A stretch of 60,913 nt of DNA, the filler included, from an uncultured bacterium (lineage in GTDB: Bacteria > Latescibacterota > UBA2968), in NCBI GenBank assembly GCA_964471275.1. It is 5 parts of 5 records of this genome, joined end to end, with 100 filler letters (N's around TTAATTAATTAA, not from the genome) between each part and the next. Parts side by side here need not be neighbours in the genome. Positions count along the whole stretch, not along the records: positions 1 to 12,344 come from CAYYGZ010000148.1; 4 more parts are not named here. One strand, 5' to 3'. Positions within the stretch are counted from its first letter, which is position 1, and each line of letters opens with the position of its first letter. Below the pieces are notes generated by a model, which made no database searches, was not told where the DNA came from, and saw nothing but the letters and a program-made list of their open reading frames with translations. Positions 1 through 9,963 of this stretch are shown here, piece after piece. The position numbers and the translations under genes are program-made.

Positions 1-264
1 CTACTTTCCGCGGCACAGAGGTGTCTCGAAGATGAGCGATGCTACAAGTTCTTTGACATGCTCGCCGCCATCTCCGAACTGTCGGACGAGGTGCGGACGG
101 GCTATCTGGAAGAGATCACATCAACTGGTGATTATGATGAGGACGAGATGGCTGCCCTGAAACGTCTTCTGCTGGACGGTGGCGCAGCCGCCTTCAAGCA
201 CCTCGTTGATGTCGTCCGTGACATTCGTGTCCAGCAGGAGATCGAACAGCTGATCGCAGCCTAG
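1..264 (+). CDS. Hypothetical acidic helical protein, 5' partial
   Basis: Frame 1 is open from base 1 (LLSAAQRCLEDERCYKFFDMLAAISEL...) to the stop at 264 and is followed by a terminator-like hairpin. No recognisable motif. Confidence 0.6.
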   Translation, partial: LLSAAQRCLEDERCYKFFDMLAAISELSDEVRTGYLEEITSTGDYDEDEMAALKRLLLDGGAAAFKHLVDVVRDIRVQQEIEQLIAA

Positions 265-341
265 GCAGCATCCCTTGTCGTCTTCTGACGACACTTCTCT
301 CCGATCCCGGTTGATCTGAGGTCGAAGACTATGGGCCCCCG

Positions 342-380
342 GCGGCCTCATCCTTCCACGGATGAGGCCGCTTTCCTGTT
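342..380 (+). terminator. Rho-independent terminator
   Basis: 12-bp perfect stem GCGGCCTCATCC/GGATGAGGCCGC with a 6-nt loop, followed by TTTCCTGTT. Confidence 0.65.
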
Positions 381-502
381 TCCCGTTGATATACCCGGCC
401 CCCTAGCCACGGCATCCGATTATTCAGCTCTCTTTAAGCCCATTGACGCGCTTCGTTCTCGGGGCCATTTTTCTCGCCCAACAACGAAAAGGGAGGAACC
501 AA

Positions 503-1300
503 ATGCTTTCAGATGAACAGGTCACGGCGTTTCACCGTGACGGATATGTGAGCGGCGGACCGGCCGTCGATGACGCGGGAGTGGAAGCGCTGCGTGATGA
601 GCTTGCACGCGTGATCGAGGATGATGGCAAAGAAGATGTGAAGCAGCCCGTGTCCCTACGCAATCTGAGTAGAGACGAAAACCATCCGGTGTGGCAGATC
701 GTGAATATCTGGAAGGCGAGTAAGCCGTTCGAGACATTGGTCAGCGACGCGAAGATCGTCGAAGAGATCGCTCAATTGACCGGGGCAACGAAGCTGAAGG
801 TCTGGCACGATCAGATTCAGTACAAACCCGCGGAGACGGGGGGCGTGAATATGTGGCACCAGGATGCGCCACTGTGGCCGATCATCCGTCCGATGACCGA
901 GGTGAGCGCCTGGGTCGCACTCGACGACATTGATGAATCGAATGGGTGTATGAGTATGGTACCCGGATCGCAGGCCTGGGGTGACCAGATGGAGTTCATC
1001 GGGGGGCTCAATTCCTACGAGTCGATGCCCGATTCCTTCGAGAGTAACCTGATTGAAGTCGTCCGGCGTCCGGTCAGGAAGGGCGAGGTGCACTACCACC
1101 ACGCGCTGACGTGGCACGGCTCACATGCGAACACGAGCGACAGGTCTCGGCGAGCACTCGCCATCCACTACATGACAGAAGAGACACGTTTCCGGAAGAG
1201 CGGAGAACACCTGATGAAGCAGTTTGTGGATGTAGAAGACGGAGCTCTGATGGAGGGGGAGCATTTTCCCGTGGTGTGGGAGAAGGAGCAGAGCGCATAG
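503..1300 (+). CDS. Phytanoyl-CoA dioxygenase (PhyH) family Fe/2OG dioxygenase
   Basis: GGAGG RBS before ATG 503. MLSDEQVTAFHRDGY N-terminus, WHQD (HxD), WVALDD..NGC and HHALTWHGSHAN..RRAL motifs. Confidence 0.9.
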   Translation: MLSDEQVTAFHRDGYVSGGPAVDDAGVEALRDELARVIEDDGKEDVKQPVSLRNLSRDENHPVWQIVNIWKASKPFETLVSDAKIVEEIAQLTGATKLKVWHDQIQYKPAETGGVNMWHQDAPLWPIIRPMTEVSAWVALDDIDESNGCMSMVPGSQAWGDQMEFIGGLNSYESMPDSFESNLIEVVRRPVRKGEVHYHHALTWHGSHANTSDRSRRALAIHYMTEETRFRKSGEHLMKQFVDVEDGALMEGEHFPVVWEKEQSA

Positions 1301-1383
1301 CGAGGCGACCGGTGCGGCGGTATTAGAGAGGCACTCTATCGAGAGGTAGGGTGCCTCTTCTCCGTGGAAGTGCGGGGGTATGG

Positions 1384-1875
1384 TCAAATCTTGCGACTTG
1401 AGAGGGGCATGGCGTAGTGGATCTGGCGGGCGACCTCCTTGAAGCCGGTGCTGGGATAGAAATTCTGCCCGGTATCGTTCTGGTCCAGGGTTTCGATCTT
1501 GGCTACCTTCATTCCCTTCTCTTCGAAATAGTCGAAAGAGGCCTTCATCAGGGCCTTCCCAATTCCCTTTCCCTGATGTCCGGGGAGAACGGAGATGTTG
1601 GGGATCTGCCCGATCTGGGCGTCGTGAAAGAGGCGGGTTGTGATGTAGCCGATGACATCACCTTCCTCCTCCCAAACGAACACACCGTCTGCGTTTGCCG
1701 CGACATCATCGTCCATGTGTGCGGCCTTTCGTGCCTTCCAATCCGTTTCCGCAAACTGCCCGAAGGTCTTCTCGATGTTGTGATCGATTGAAACACCTTC
1801 AAAACAGATGACGGTTATTTCCTTTATCCGTTCCAGGTCTTCGGGTCTGTATTTACGTACCATCTGAACCGACAC
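1384..1875 (-). CDS. GNAT family N-acetyltransferase
   Basis: Acetyl-CoA motif A VLPGHQGKGIGKALM and C-terminal N...FY...GF. The start may instead be ATG 1863. Confidence 0.85.
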   Translation of the reverse strand: MSVQMVRKYRPEDLERIKEITVICFEGVSIDHNIEKTFGQFAETDWKARKAAHMDDDVAANADGVFVWEEEGDVIGYITTRLFHDAQIGQIPNISVLPGHQGKGIGKALMKASFDYFEEKGMKVAKIETLDQNDTGQNFYPSTGFKEVARQIHYAMPLSSRKI

Positions 1876-2108
1876 TCCCTTCTGATATTCCTGTTTTGCT
1901 TGTCTTTCGGATTCCGTCTGCCGCTCGACACATCGCTGAGATACGCCTCGGTCTCGAACGCTGCCAGGCGCAGATTCGCCACGTCACCCCGCTTCTGAGC
2001 CTCGAGCGAGGGCACATTCAGGTTCCCCTATTCTGTCGATCAATCCACCCGGAATACGTGGTAAGGGCCAGGGATCGAAAATACGGGAGCCGGGCGACTG
2101 GAGCAAGA

Positions 2109-2486
2109 TCAGTTACGCGAAGCCGGAGGGACGTGGGCCGGATTCGGTACGCAGATACGGCCTTCATCGGTGAGCGTATCCAGACGCATACGGTCAGCCT
2201 GTATCATTTCGCTATCCAACTCCCCGCTTCTCAGGTAGGGTGTGAGCCGCTTGAGCGGATCCGATTCTCCGGGTCTGAGCGAGTAGTAGATCCAGGTCCC
2301 ATCACGGCGGTCGGTCACGATGTCTGCGTGCTTGAGGAGGGCGAGGTGTCTGGAAATTTTGCCCTGGGGCATATCCAGAACGGCGACGAGTTCGCAGACG
2401 CATAGCTCGCGGATGGCCAGTAGGAAAAGGATTCTGAGACGGGTCTCGTCCGAGAATGCCTTGAAGATTACCAGATGTGTTTTCAC
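2109..2486 (-). CDS. arsR: ArsR/SmtB family metalloregulator
   Basis: [20 protein letters not shown] metal-binding box, [12 protein letters not shown] and [11 protein letters not shown]. Overlaps the acr3 stop by 4 nt. Confidence 0.9.
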   Translation of the reverse strand: MKTHLVIFKAFSDETRLRILFLLAIRELCVCELVAVLDMPQGKISRHLALLKHADIVTDRRDGTWIYYSLRPGESDPLKRLTPYLRSGELDSEMIQADRMRLDTLTDEGRICVPNPAHVPPASRN

Positions 2487-3541
2487 TCGCTGGCTCGCAG
2501 CTCTGATTGGCTGAAGAATCTGTCGCGGAGCCAGAATGCGACATTGACAAGACTGATGAGGACCGGAACCTCGACGAGCGGACCGATCACGGCCGCAAAG
2601 GCTGCCCCCGAGTGGATTCCGAACACTGCAATGGCGACAGCGATCCCAAGCTCGAAGTTATTGCTCGCCGCGGTGAAGGCGATACTGGCCGTCTGNNNNN
2701 NNNNNCCCGCGCTCCTCCCTGTGAAGAATGCGAGCAGAAACATTACGGCAAAGTATATCGTGAGTGGGATCGCAATTCGCACGACATCCATCGGTATGGT
2801 CACAATGATCTCCCCCTTGAGAGAGAACATCACGACAATCGTAAACAGCAAGGCAATGAGGGTGATGGGGCTGATCATCGGGATGAACCGTGTCTCATAC
2901 CATTCCCGGCCTTTAAGGCGAAGTCCGGCAAAGCGGGTCAGCATCCCGCCGAGGAACGGGATGCCGAGATAGATGAACACGCTCCCCGCAATCTGTGTGA
3001 TCGTGACCTCAACCAGAGTACCGTCGAGACCAAACCAGGTCGGCAGGATCGTGATGAACACCCAGGCGTAGACAGAGTAGAAGAGAACCTGGAAGATGGA
3101 GTTGAAGGCGACCAGACCGGCTGCGTATTCGGGGTCACCTTGGGCGAGATCATTCCAGACGATGACCATCGCGATACAGCGAGCCAGACCGATCAGGATG
3201 AGGCCGACCATGTAGTCGGGGTGATCCGGCAGGAACAGGACTGCGAGGGCGAACATCAGAAGGGGACCGATCACCCAGTTCTGGACGAGGGAGAGTGCCA
3301 GAATCCTGACGTTTCTGAACACCTCGCCGAGCCTTTCGTATCTGACCTTTGCGAGGGGAGGATACATCATCAGAATCAGACCGACGGCGATGGGAATCGA
3401 TGTAGTGCCGATCTGGAACCCGGTCAGGACCTCTACGACACCGGGTGAGAAGCAGCCCAGCGAAACACCCATTCCCATTCCCAGAAATATCCAGAGTGTG
3501 AGGTATCGATCGATCAGGGTCAGTCGTTTGCGCTCGGGCAT
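2483..3541 (-). CDS. acr3: ACR3 family arsenite efflux transporter (10-N gap at 2696-2705)
   Basis: [40 protein letters not shown] (conserved Cys), SNNFEL and GPLVEVPVL motifs. Start taken at MPERKR. Confidence 0.95.
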   Translation of the reverse strand: MPERKRLTLIDRYLTLWIFLGMGMGVSLGCFSPGVVEVLTGFQIGTTSIPIAVGLILMMYPPLAKVRYERLGEVFRNVRILALSLVQNWVIGPLLMFALAVLFLPDHPDYMVGLILIGLARCIAMVIVWNDLAQGDPEYAAGLVAFNSIFQVLFYSVYAWVFITILPTWFGLDGTLVEVTITQIAGSVFIYLGIPFLGGMLTRFAGLRLKGREWYETRFIPMISPITLIALLFTIVVMFSLKGEIIVTIPMDVVRIAIPLTIYFAVMFLLAFFTGRSAXXXXQTASIAFTAASNNFELGIAVAIAVFGIHSGAAFAAVIGPLVEVPVLISLVNVAFWLRDRFFSQSELRASE

Positions 3542-3570
3542 CGTGGTCTCTCTGGACGTGATTTGTCCGT

Positions 3571-3613
3571 ACATACGTTTATTCGAATATCTTGGAAGCG
3601 GGAACGGTGTCAA
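3571..3613 (-). promoter_or_regulatory. Putative sigma70 promoter with overlapping ArsR operator
   Basis: Minus strand TTGACA-N16-GATATT. An imperfect inverted repeat ATATTCG-N6-CGTATGT (3571-3590) overlaps the -10 box. Confidence 0.5.
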
Positions 3614-3890
3614 CCCTTAACTCGTGGCGAGAATCAGATCTGGGAGGGCTGCCAGCCTGTTCTGCAGAGGAGGCCGGAAGTGATCCAGGCCTCCTTCCGA
3701 AGCTGTGTGTGAAGCCGGATAGGGTGTTGACTGTTGATGGTCTACAGTCAGACCAGACAGTGGAGAGAATCGATCGCGCGGGAGTGCGCGGCTCGAAGAG
3801 ACAACCTGCCCGTAAGCCCCGAGCGATCCAGGTGGGGAGGACGCGAAGACGATGGAGCCCGGGTCGGTTGTAAGGCAGGTGACGGTCCGA

Positions 3891-4023
3891 TCAGGCTCCG
3901 ATCTGCGCGATGAACATTGTCAGGAGCATGACGAAGAGCACGCANNNNNNNNNNGCAGACCCAGGCCACGATGAACCCTACGACCGTCTCTTTGTTCGGT
4001 TTGCGTATTTCGAGATCAAACAT
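3891..4023 (-). CDS. Small single-TM membrane protein downstream of the SSS transporter (about 39 aa, spans 10-N gap)
   Basis: GGAGG RBS, then MFDLEIRKPNKETVVGFIVAWVC, the gap, then (C)VLFVMLLTMFIAQIGA-stop. Confidence 0.6.
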
Positions 4024-4144
4024 CTGTTTCCTCCGTAGGCACAGATGGCCCGGTTGACTCCCATTCACGCCGATGCAGCAGGTTACGCGTCTCGTAGCTG
4101 CTTGGCCAGTGGCTTTTTCGTCGGCGCCTTACCAGACAGTCGAG

Positions 4145-5647
4145 CTATTCGAGCACGACTTTAATGCCGGCTTCCCGGAGTTTGTGCTCTTGGCCAACGG
4201 GTGTGTGCAACACCGTATAGAATCGATCCAGACGGTCCTGGTCCGGCTTGGGGGTCAGGAGGCTCACGACAACCATCGCAACGAAGCCACCGATGATGTA
4301 GAGCAGATACTGATCGGGAAGTTCCCAGCCCCATTCGCTGTTGGTAACATACCACAGGGCCCCTGATACGAGAATCCCTGCCCAGGCCCCTGCGCTGTTG
4401 CACCGGCGCCAGATGACCCCTCCCCAGAAGGCGATACCGAAAAATGCGACGAAGGACCACGAGAATCGCACGATCTCGACGACCGATGTGAATCGATCGG
4501 CGACCAGTAATCCACCAGCAACGATGACCAGGGCCACGACACGACCGACCTGCAGATAGTGGTTATCAGACTCATCGGGTTTGAAGTATCGTTTGTAGAA
4601 ATTGCCGACGAAGAGGGCGGCTCCGTCGACCATGAAAGAGTCACAGGTTGACATGACCGCCGCAATCATTGAAGCCAGCATCACGCCGATTAGACCGATC
4701 GGAAGCAGGTCCCGGGAGGCCATACCGAATGCGTGTTCGGGATCGTCCAGATCCGGATAAAGGGCGATGCAGGCCACACCCACCAGCGCCCAGGCAACTG
4801 TGCAAAGTCGTTTGATCATGTTACCCGCCGTCCATCCGACGCGTCCCTCGAGTTCGGATTTTCCGGCACCACCAACTTCCATGTGATGGGGCTGCGCAAC
4901 GATTCCGACGAGCGCATTGATCACGACCATCAGGATGAAGTACTCGGTTATCCGGTCGTAGCCGGGGGGAGGGTCTGCCGGTGCAACGAGGCTGAACATT
5001 TCAGCGGATACCTTCTGATGGAGACCCTCGAACCCGCCGACCTCGCCGATGACGTATGGAACCAGGATGAATGACAGGACGATGATGAACAGGCCCTGTA
5101 TAAAGTCGGTGATGACGGCAGCCGGTAGGCCACCCATCAGACCATAGCTCAGGAAGAGCAAGGTCATGATCCAGATGGCCGTCCACTCACTGACTGCACC
5201 CCCGGTTATGGCGCTTGCCGTCTTACCGGTACCGAGCAGCATCGTTCCGATCTGGAGAGCAAAGTACAAGAGTCCCCAGATTGTGTAAGTGAATTCGAGG
5301 GATTTGCCGAATCGATCGGCGAAGAAGTCCGCCGTCGTGATGTAGCGCAAGCGGCGGAATATCGGTGCGATGACCCAGTAGAAGGGGGTGGCGAACAGAT
5401 ACAGCCACTGATACCAGATGCCGCCCAGTCCCAGCTTGTACGAGGCACCGGCGACCGTCACGGCCTGGTCGGTATGTGTCCCCGTCCCAAACGCGTGCAT
5501 GATCATGAATGCCTTTCCGAAGGACCGCCCACCCATGAAATAGTCGCCGACGCTCTTGACCTTCCGCGCCGCCCACAAACCCGCGATCACGATCCCGATC
5601 AGATACAAGGCCAGCGTCGCGAAATCCAATATATGAAGACCGAACAT
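4145..5647 (-). CDS. Sodium:solute symporter (SSS) family protein
   Basis: 500 aa polytopic membrane protein with DYFMGGRSFG, TADFFADRFG, GG..A.VITDFIQG and LASMIAAVMSTCDS motifs. Confidence 0.93.
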   Translation of the reverse strand: MFGLHILDFATLALYLIGIVIAGLWAARKVKSVGDYFMGGRSFGKAFMIMHAFGTGTHTDQAVTVAGASYKLGLGGIWYQWLYLFATPFYWVIAPIFRRLRYITTADFFADRFGKSLEFTYTIWGLLYFALQIGTMLLGTGKTASAITGGAVSEWTAIWIMTLLFLSYGLMGGLPAAVITDFIQGLFIIVLSFILVPYVIGEVGGFEGLHQKVSAEMFSLVAPADPPPGYDRITEYFILMVVINALVGIVAQPHHMEVGGAGKSELEGRVGWTAGNMIKRLCTVAWALVGVACIALYPDLDDPEHAFGMASRDLLPIGLIGVMLASMIAAVMSTCDSFMVDGAALFVGNFYKRYFKPDESDNHYLQVGRVVALVIVAGGLLVADRFTSVVEIVRFSWSFVAFFGIAFWGGVIWRRCNSAGAWAGILVSGALWYVTNSEWGWELPDQYLLYIIGGFVAMVVVSLLTPKPDQDRLDRFYTVLHTPVGQEHKLREAGIKVVLE

Positions 5648-5687
5648 TCACCCCTCCTGGTTATTGCTGTTTTCGTTTTGCTCACGT

Positions 5688-5716
5688 AGTATAGATCGCG
5701 CCTGTAAGAATGTCAA
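5688..5716 (-). promoter_or_regulatory. Sigma70 promoter for the SSS gene
   Basis: Minus strand TTGACA-N17-TATACT, 40 nt upstream of the start codon. Confidence 0.7.
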
Positions 5717-5815
5717 CAAAGGGCCATAAGGTGCTGTTTTTTCTTGTCATGCTCCGGGATCAGTATTACTTTAGTCGCGCGTTGGAACAGATAACCCTGA
5801 AGGAGTTTCTCTGCT

Positions 5816-6319
5816 ATGGCAACAGTGATCGAACGTCGAACCGAGGCGAAGAAGACCTGTACTGTCACGTTCACGAATACGGGCAAGACGATTGAGTGTC
5901 CCAAGCATTCGTACCTGCGCGAGCTGGCTATGCGGCACGATGAAGAGCTCTCAAACGGTCTGGCTAAGTTCACCAACTGCGCGGGGGGAGGACTTTGCGG
6001 CACCTGCGCAGTGGAAGTTAAGCCGCACGATGCGGTGAGCGTCAAAGGTGCAAAGGAAAAATTTCGGTTTGTCCAACTGAAGGGAAATCTGAGGCTGTCC
6101 TGTCAGTGCCAGATCCTGGGTGATATTGAAGTGACCAAGTACGAGGGGATGTTCGGCACGAAGGGCTATGACCAGAAGGTGTCGACAGCCGATGTCTCGA
6201 AACTCTACGAGGATGGCAAGACGGTTGATGAACTCGCAGAACAGTTCGAACTACACCCGGCCAGAGTCGCGCTGATGCTGGAGTGGGCGGGTGTGGAGGC
6301 GAGAAAACCCGGACTCTAG
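5816..6319 (+). CDS. 2Fe-2S ferredoxin-domain protein with C-terminal HTH-like extension
   Basis: AAGGAG RBS. CAGGGLCGTC...RLSCQC 2Fe-2S ligands, then tail LYEDGKTVDELAEQFELHPARVALML. Confidence 0.8.
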   Translation: MATVIERRTEAKKTCTVTFTNTGKTIECPKHSYLRELAMRHDEELSNGLAKFTNCAGGGLCGTCAVEVKPHDAVSVKGAKEKFRFVQLKGNLRLSCQCQILGDIEVTKYEGMFGTKGYDQKVSTADVSKLYEDGKTVDELAEQFELHPARVALMLEWAGVEARKPGL

Positions 6320-6344
6320 TCAGATACAGATTTATGTCGAAGGT

Positions 6345-6380
6345 GCCAGCTTCTCACGATGAGGAGCTGGCTTTTCTTTT
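6345..6380 (+). terminator. Rho-independent terminator
   Basis: Stem GCCAGCTTCTCA/TGAGGAGCTGGC followed by TTTTCTTTT. Confidence 0.75.
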
Positions 6381-6424
6381 ATTCATCCACGATTATCGGG
6401 ATGAGATGTGGACGGTTGGTTCAG

Positions 6425-6620
6425 CCCCACCCCCAGTTTCGCGGACCTGTGTCGGCAAAATACCCTTAGGCTACGCTCAGGACATGCTTTTGACTGCACC
6501 TCAAAAGTGCCCAAAAACGCGCTCGCTTCCCTTGGCTCTGGTCGGGATAAGCAGCCTCGTGCCGAGGCTCGTCGCGAGAGGCTACCCCGGCCGACTAATC
6601 GCGGTGGTTCTTCGGTAGAT
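6425..6620. repeat. Hairpin-rich non-coding, REP/MITE-like segment
   Basis: Short hairpins TTTTGA-N7-TCAAAA and AGCCTCG-TGC-CGAGGCT, plus a CCTTAGGCTACGCTCAGGACATGC block. No credible ORF. Only one copy in the window. Confidence 0.3.
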
Positions 6621-6870
6621 CATGGCGCAACGACGTCCACCCAACCCCGTGCCCGGATGTGGCCGCCCACCCCTTCCGCGTGTGCCACACGCCCCAGCCC
6701 GACTCCCATTCCCTCCCCCCGGCTACGAGACGGGTCTCATCCCCTTCGGTATTCATGAGATGATCCCTGCAAGGCCGCTGCAACACCGGGACCAAACCGC
6801 CTATTCACTCAATACAATCGATCCCGACATTCGCGGAAGAACCTTTTCTTTTGCGTGGCAGCGGGAGGAA

Positions 6871-7068
6871 ATGTGGAACACGCGAGCGATACACGAGATC
6901 GACAGCTCTGAGGGAGACCAGGAAATCAATCCCACCCGCAATTTGAGTGAGTATCAGGAGGTAGGCGAGCGATCCCGATACACGATAGAGTATCGGAGAA
7001 TTCTGGAGGAAGTAGAGAAGAGGGATCAGGTTGAGGGTGCTGAAGGCCGTGTAGACGAGACGGTATGA
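6871..7068 (+). CDS. Small hypothetical charged protein (65 aa)
   Basis: GGGAGG directly upstream of ATG 6871 (short spacing) and a Glu/Arg-rich product. No motif. Confidence 0.4.
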   Translation: MWNTRAIHEIDSSEGDQEINPTRNLSEYQEVGERSRYTIEYRRILEEVEKRDQVEGAEGRVDETV

Positions 7069-7167
7069 CCGTTCAGCTGACGGCCAGACGGCTGCGAATC
7101 GGTCCTTGAGATATCGGGTGGCCAGCAGGCTGCGTAGGCGAGCAGGTAGGCCGACATGGAAAGGAGG

Positions 7168-7974
7168 CTACTCACCGTCCTGGCGGATCTGCTCGTTTGC
7201 GCGCGTCATTTGCCCGGGCTCGTCCGACACTGGAATGCCGTGTTTGCCGATGAACCGGTCCACCTGTCGGCAGATCCGGTGGATCGTCGAGATGTCACGT
7301 TTCTCCAGAGGGATGCGACCGAAGAATCGACGAACCGACCGAATAAATGTTTCTGGGCGATGTGGCGACTTGAATCCCGTGTTGTCGAGTGATTGGGCGA
7401 GATGGCGATACATCGCTTCGACCTGGCCGATGGGTGCCAGGTTCCAGTCCGGTGTCTCGGGCGGGTTCAGCGCGGCTTTGTGGAGCTCATAGCCGAAAAT
7501 CAGCACAGCCTGCGACAGGTTGTATGACGGGTATGTCCTGGCTGAAGGAATTTGGGCGGTCAGCTGGCAGAGCTGGATTTCCTGATTTGTCAGCCCGCGC
7601 TCCTCGCGGCCGAAGACGAGTGCCCCTTCACCTTCGTTCGGGATCGAGACGAGACGTCCCGCAATTTCAGTGGGGCCGAAGACCACGGGGAAGTCTTTGC
7701 GTGTCTTGTGAGATGTTCCGATGACCAGGAGTGTTCTTTCGACGGCTTCTTCAAGAGAACCGACGACCTGGGCACCGTAGAGGATGTCGCCCGCGCCTAC
7801 GGCCATCTTGCGGGCGTCGCCGCTGGTATGGTCGGCGCCGGGGTTCACGAGCGTCAGACGCGAGAGGCCCGCGTTTCGCATCGCGCGCGATATCGATCCG
7901 ATGTTGCCGGCCTGTTTGGGTTCGACCAGGACGATTCGTATACGATCCAGCAAGGGTGTGGCTTCATCGTTCAT
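7168..7974 (-). CDS. TrmJ/LasT-type SPOUT RNA methyltransferase
   Basis: IRIVLVEPK..GNIGSISRAM, ALVFGREERGLTNQE and IPS...YPSYNLSQAV motifs. Confidence 0.9.
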   Translation of the reverse strand: MNDEATPLLDRIRIVLVEPKQAGNIGSISRAMRNAGLSRLTLVNPGADHTSGDARKMAVGAGDILYGAQVVGSLEEAVERTLLVIGTSHKTRKDFPVVFGPTEIAGRLVSIPNEGEGALVFGREERGLTNQEIQLCQLTAQIPSARTYPSYNLSQAVLIFGYELHKAALNPPETPDWNLAPIGQVEAMYRHLAQSLDNTGFKSPHRPETFIRSVRRFFGRIPLEKRDISTIHRICRQVDRFIGKHGIPVSDEPGQMTRANEQIRQDGE

Positions 7975-8533
7975 GGTTTTTTCGCAAGGACCGTGAAGGT
8001 ACTCTCCTTGGTGACCCAGTCTTGGCCGTGCGTCAGATAGAGCATCTGTATCCGGCAAGTAGGGCAGGCATCGGGTTTGCCGGTTCCTCTGTAGTGCAGC
8101 TGGAACGGAACCTGGTGGTCGTCGGTTCTGGGGGCAGTGCGGCGCGCGTTCTCCCGAGGGGCGTGACGGGCCATCGCAGGTTCGGCAGTTCCCACTCGAG
8201 GTAGACGTGGAGTTCCCGCTTTGTTGGGTTCCTGAGGCCGATTGTTATCTGCCTGCCATTTGTGGTGACGGCCTGCGAGTCGTAGACGACCTCGCGGGTC
8301 TGCTGTAGTCTTCGGTTAATTCGGAACAGGCCTAGATTGTCCTCTGAGGCCACGATACCGGGTGGGAGGTTTTGACGATGGCGTAGCTGAATGATGTGTC
8401 CCTGACATATTGATGATCGTGGTGCTGGTGACCATACACGACAGCCGTTACCTTGTGTTTGACGAACCACGCGTGGAGTTCGTCTCCATTCTTGAGGGAG
8501 CAGAATGGGCTCCCATCGGACCGATATGGTAAA

Positions 8534-8998
8534 ATGAACCCGACAATACGGCTAAATGGTGAACGTGGCGGCTCGATCGTGCCCTATCTGTGCTGGGTGA
8601 TCGTGCTGGCAATCGGGTTTTATGATCTGGTCTATCTCCGGGAAGTGATGGTCTCGTTTCTTGTCGTAGCCGGAACCGATCCAAAGCTTCTCCTCCTGGC
8701 CGACAAGATCGGCTTCTTCTTCTTCGGCGTAATCGGTTTGCTGATCATTCTACTGACCGAGACCTACTTCCGGCGTGGGTGGCATCAGCGATGTCTGGCA
8801 CTCCGTTTCTGGAAGGTTGTGGCCGTGCAGATCGCGGTCGTAGCGGTGTTCTGGTCCGCTCTGCTCGGTCTTCCCGGTCTGGCAGATGATGCGAGGCCAT
8901 CTCTGGTCCGGCTGGCTGCCATCTCAGGAGTGCTGATCGTGACAGCTGCGCTTCATCAGAGACAGGTATCCCGCTCAGCTAGTCAGTCTGATTCCTGA
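8534..8998 (+). CDS. Hypothetical membrane protein (about 4 TM)
   Basis: Four hydrophobic segments. Start taken at MNPTIRL. Confidence 0.6.
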   Translation: MNPTIRLNGERGGSIVPYLCWVIVLAIGFYDLVYLREVMVSFLVVAGTDPKLLLLADKIGFFFFGVIGLLIILLTETYFRRGWHQRCLALRFWKVVAVQIAVVAVFWSALLGLPGLADDARPSLVRLAAISGVLIVTAALHQRQVSRSASQSDS

Positions 8999-9963
8999 AG
9001 GATCTCGGCGAATAACGCAGGATCTACGCTGCCGCCGCTGATGACGCAGACGGATCGACCTCGATTGCTTCGCCTCAGATGTAGTGCACCGGCCAGCGAC
9101 AGAGCGCCCGATCCCTCAGACACAATCTTGTTATTCAGAGCGAGTTCCCGCATCGCTCTCCTGACCGTCTTCTCGGGCACCACGACCACATCATCGACCA
9201 CCTCGCGGAGCACGGGGTACATTTCATTTACGATCAGAGGCACTTTTGTGCCGTCGCAGATCGTGTCTGAGGGTGAGACCCAGGCCCCCTCACCGGCGTC
9301 GAAGCTTGCCCTAAGTGCAGGACATCCCTCGGGCTGAACCGCCAGGACGCGGGTGGCGGGCGAGAGCGCCTTGATGGCAGAGCCCACACCGGCTGCCAGA
9401 CCCCCACCCCCGACCGGAACGAACACGGTGTCCACTTCGTTGTCTTCCAGGATTTCGAGCCCCAGGGTCCCCGAACCCGCGATCATGTCCGGCTCGCCCC
9501 AGGGATTCAGGTAACTGTAGGCTTCGTCTCGCCAACGCTTCTCGAGCATGTAGCTGAAGAGCTCCTCGACACTGACCTTTACCGGTTCTACACCATATGC
9601 CATGATGGCGTTCAGTTTCGCGTCGGGCACGGTTCTGGGGAGAAACGCTTTCGAGGGTACGTTGAAGTGGCGAGCGACATAGCCCAGGGCCTGTGCCGTG
9701 TTGCCGGCGCTCGTTGTCGAGATTCCCCTGGAACGCGCGTGGTTCGAGAGGGCGGCGGCCCAGTTGTAGACACCCCGAAGTTTGAACGACCCGATTGGCT
9801 GCAGGGTCTCGATTTTGAGGAGAACGTCCTTCTCCTCTCCCAGGTAGGGCAGAGACGGTGTTCGGACGACCGTCGCACGAATTCGTTCAGCTGCCGCGCG
9901 AATCGTTTCGATGGTGGGCCGGTGAATCGGATTACCGCCCCAGCTCGGTCGAGGTCGGCTCAC
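8983..9963 (-). CDS. PLP-dependent threonine/serine dehydratase family (fold type II)
   Basis: KIETLQPIGSFKLRG (PLP lysine), SAGNTAQAL, VPVGGGGL and ISGG motifs. Confidence 0.9.
   Translation of the reverse strand: MSRPRPSWGGNPIHRPTIETIRAAAERIRATVVRTPSLPYLGEEKDVLLKIETLQPIGSFKLRGVYNWAAALSNHARSRGISTTSAGNTAQALGYVARHFNVPSKAFLPRTVPDAKLNAIMAYGVEPVKVSVEELFSYMLEKRWRDEAYSYLNPWGEPDMIAGSGTLGLEILEDNEVDTVFVPVGGGGLAAGVGSAIKALSPATRVLAVQPEGCPALRASFDAGEGAWVSPSDTICDGTKVPLIVNEMYPVLREVVDDVVVVPEKTVRRAMRELALNNKIVSEGSGALSLAGALHLRRSNRGRSVCVISGGSVDPALFAEILQESD

Noticed and set aside
1384..1875. GNAT as ArsN (arsinothricin acetyltransferase)
   Set aside because: It is separated from arsR by about 230 nt and I recognise no ArsN-specific features.
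1876..2108. Possible riboswitch or ncRNA upstream of the GNAT gene (CCGAAAG...GCAAAA on the minus strand)
   Set aside because: I could not fit the full c-di-GMP-I consensus or paired stems by eye. It would need an Infernal/Rfam search.
7971..8470. Overlapping minus-strand ORFs upstream of the TrmJ-like gene
   Set aside because: Possibly a frameshifted gene fragment, but with no recognisable family or clear start, so it is not called.
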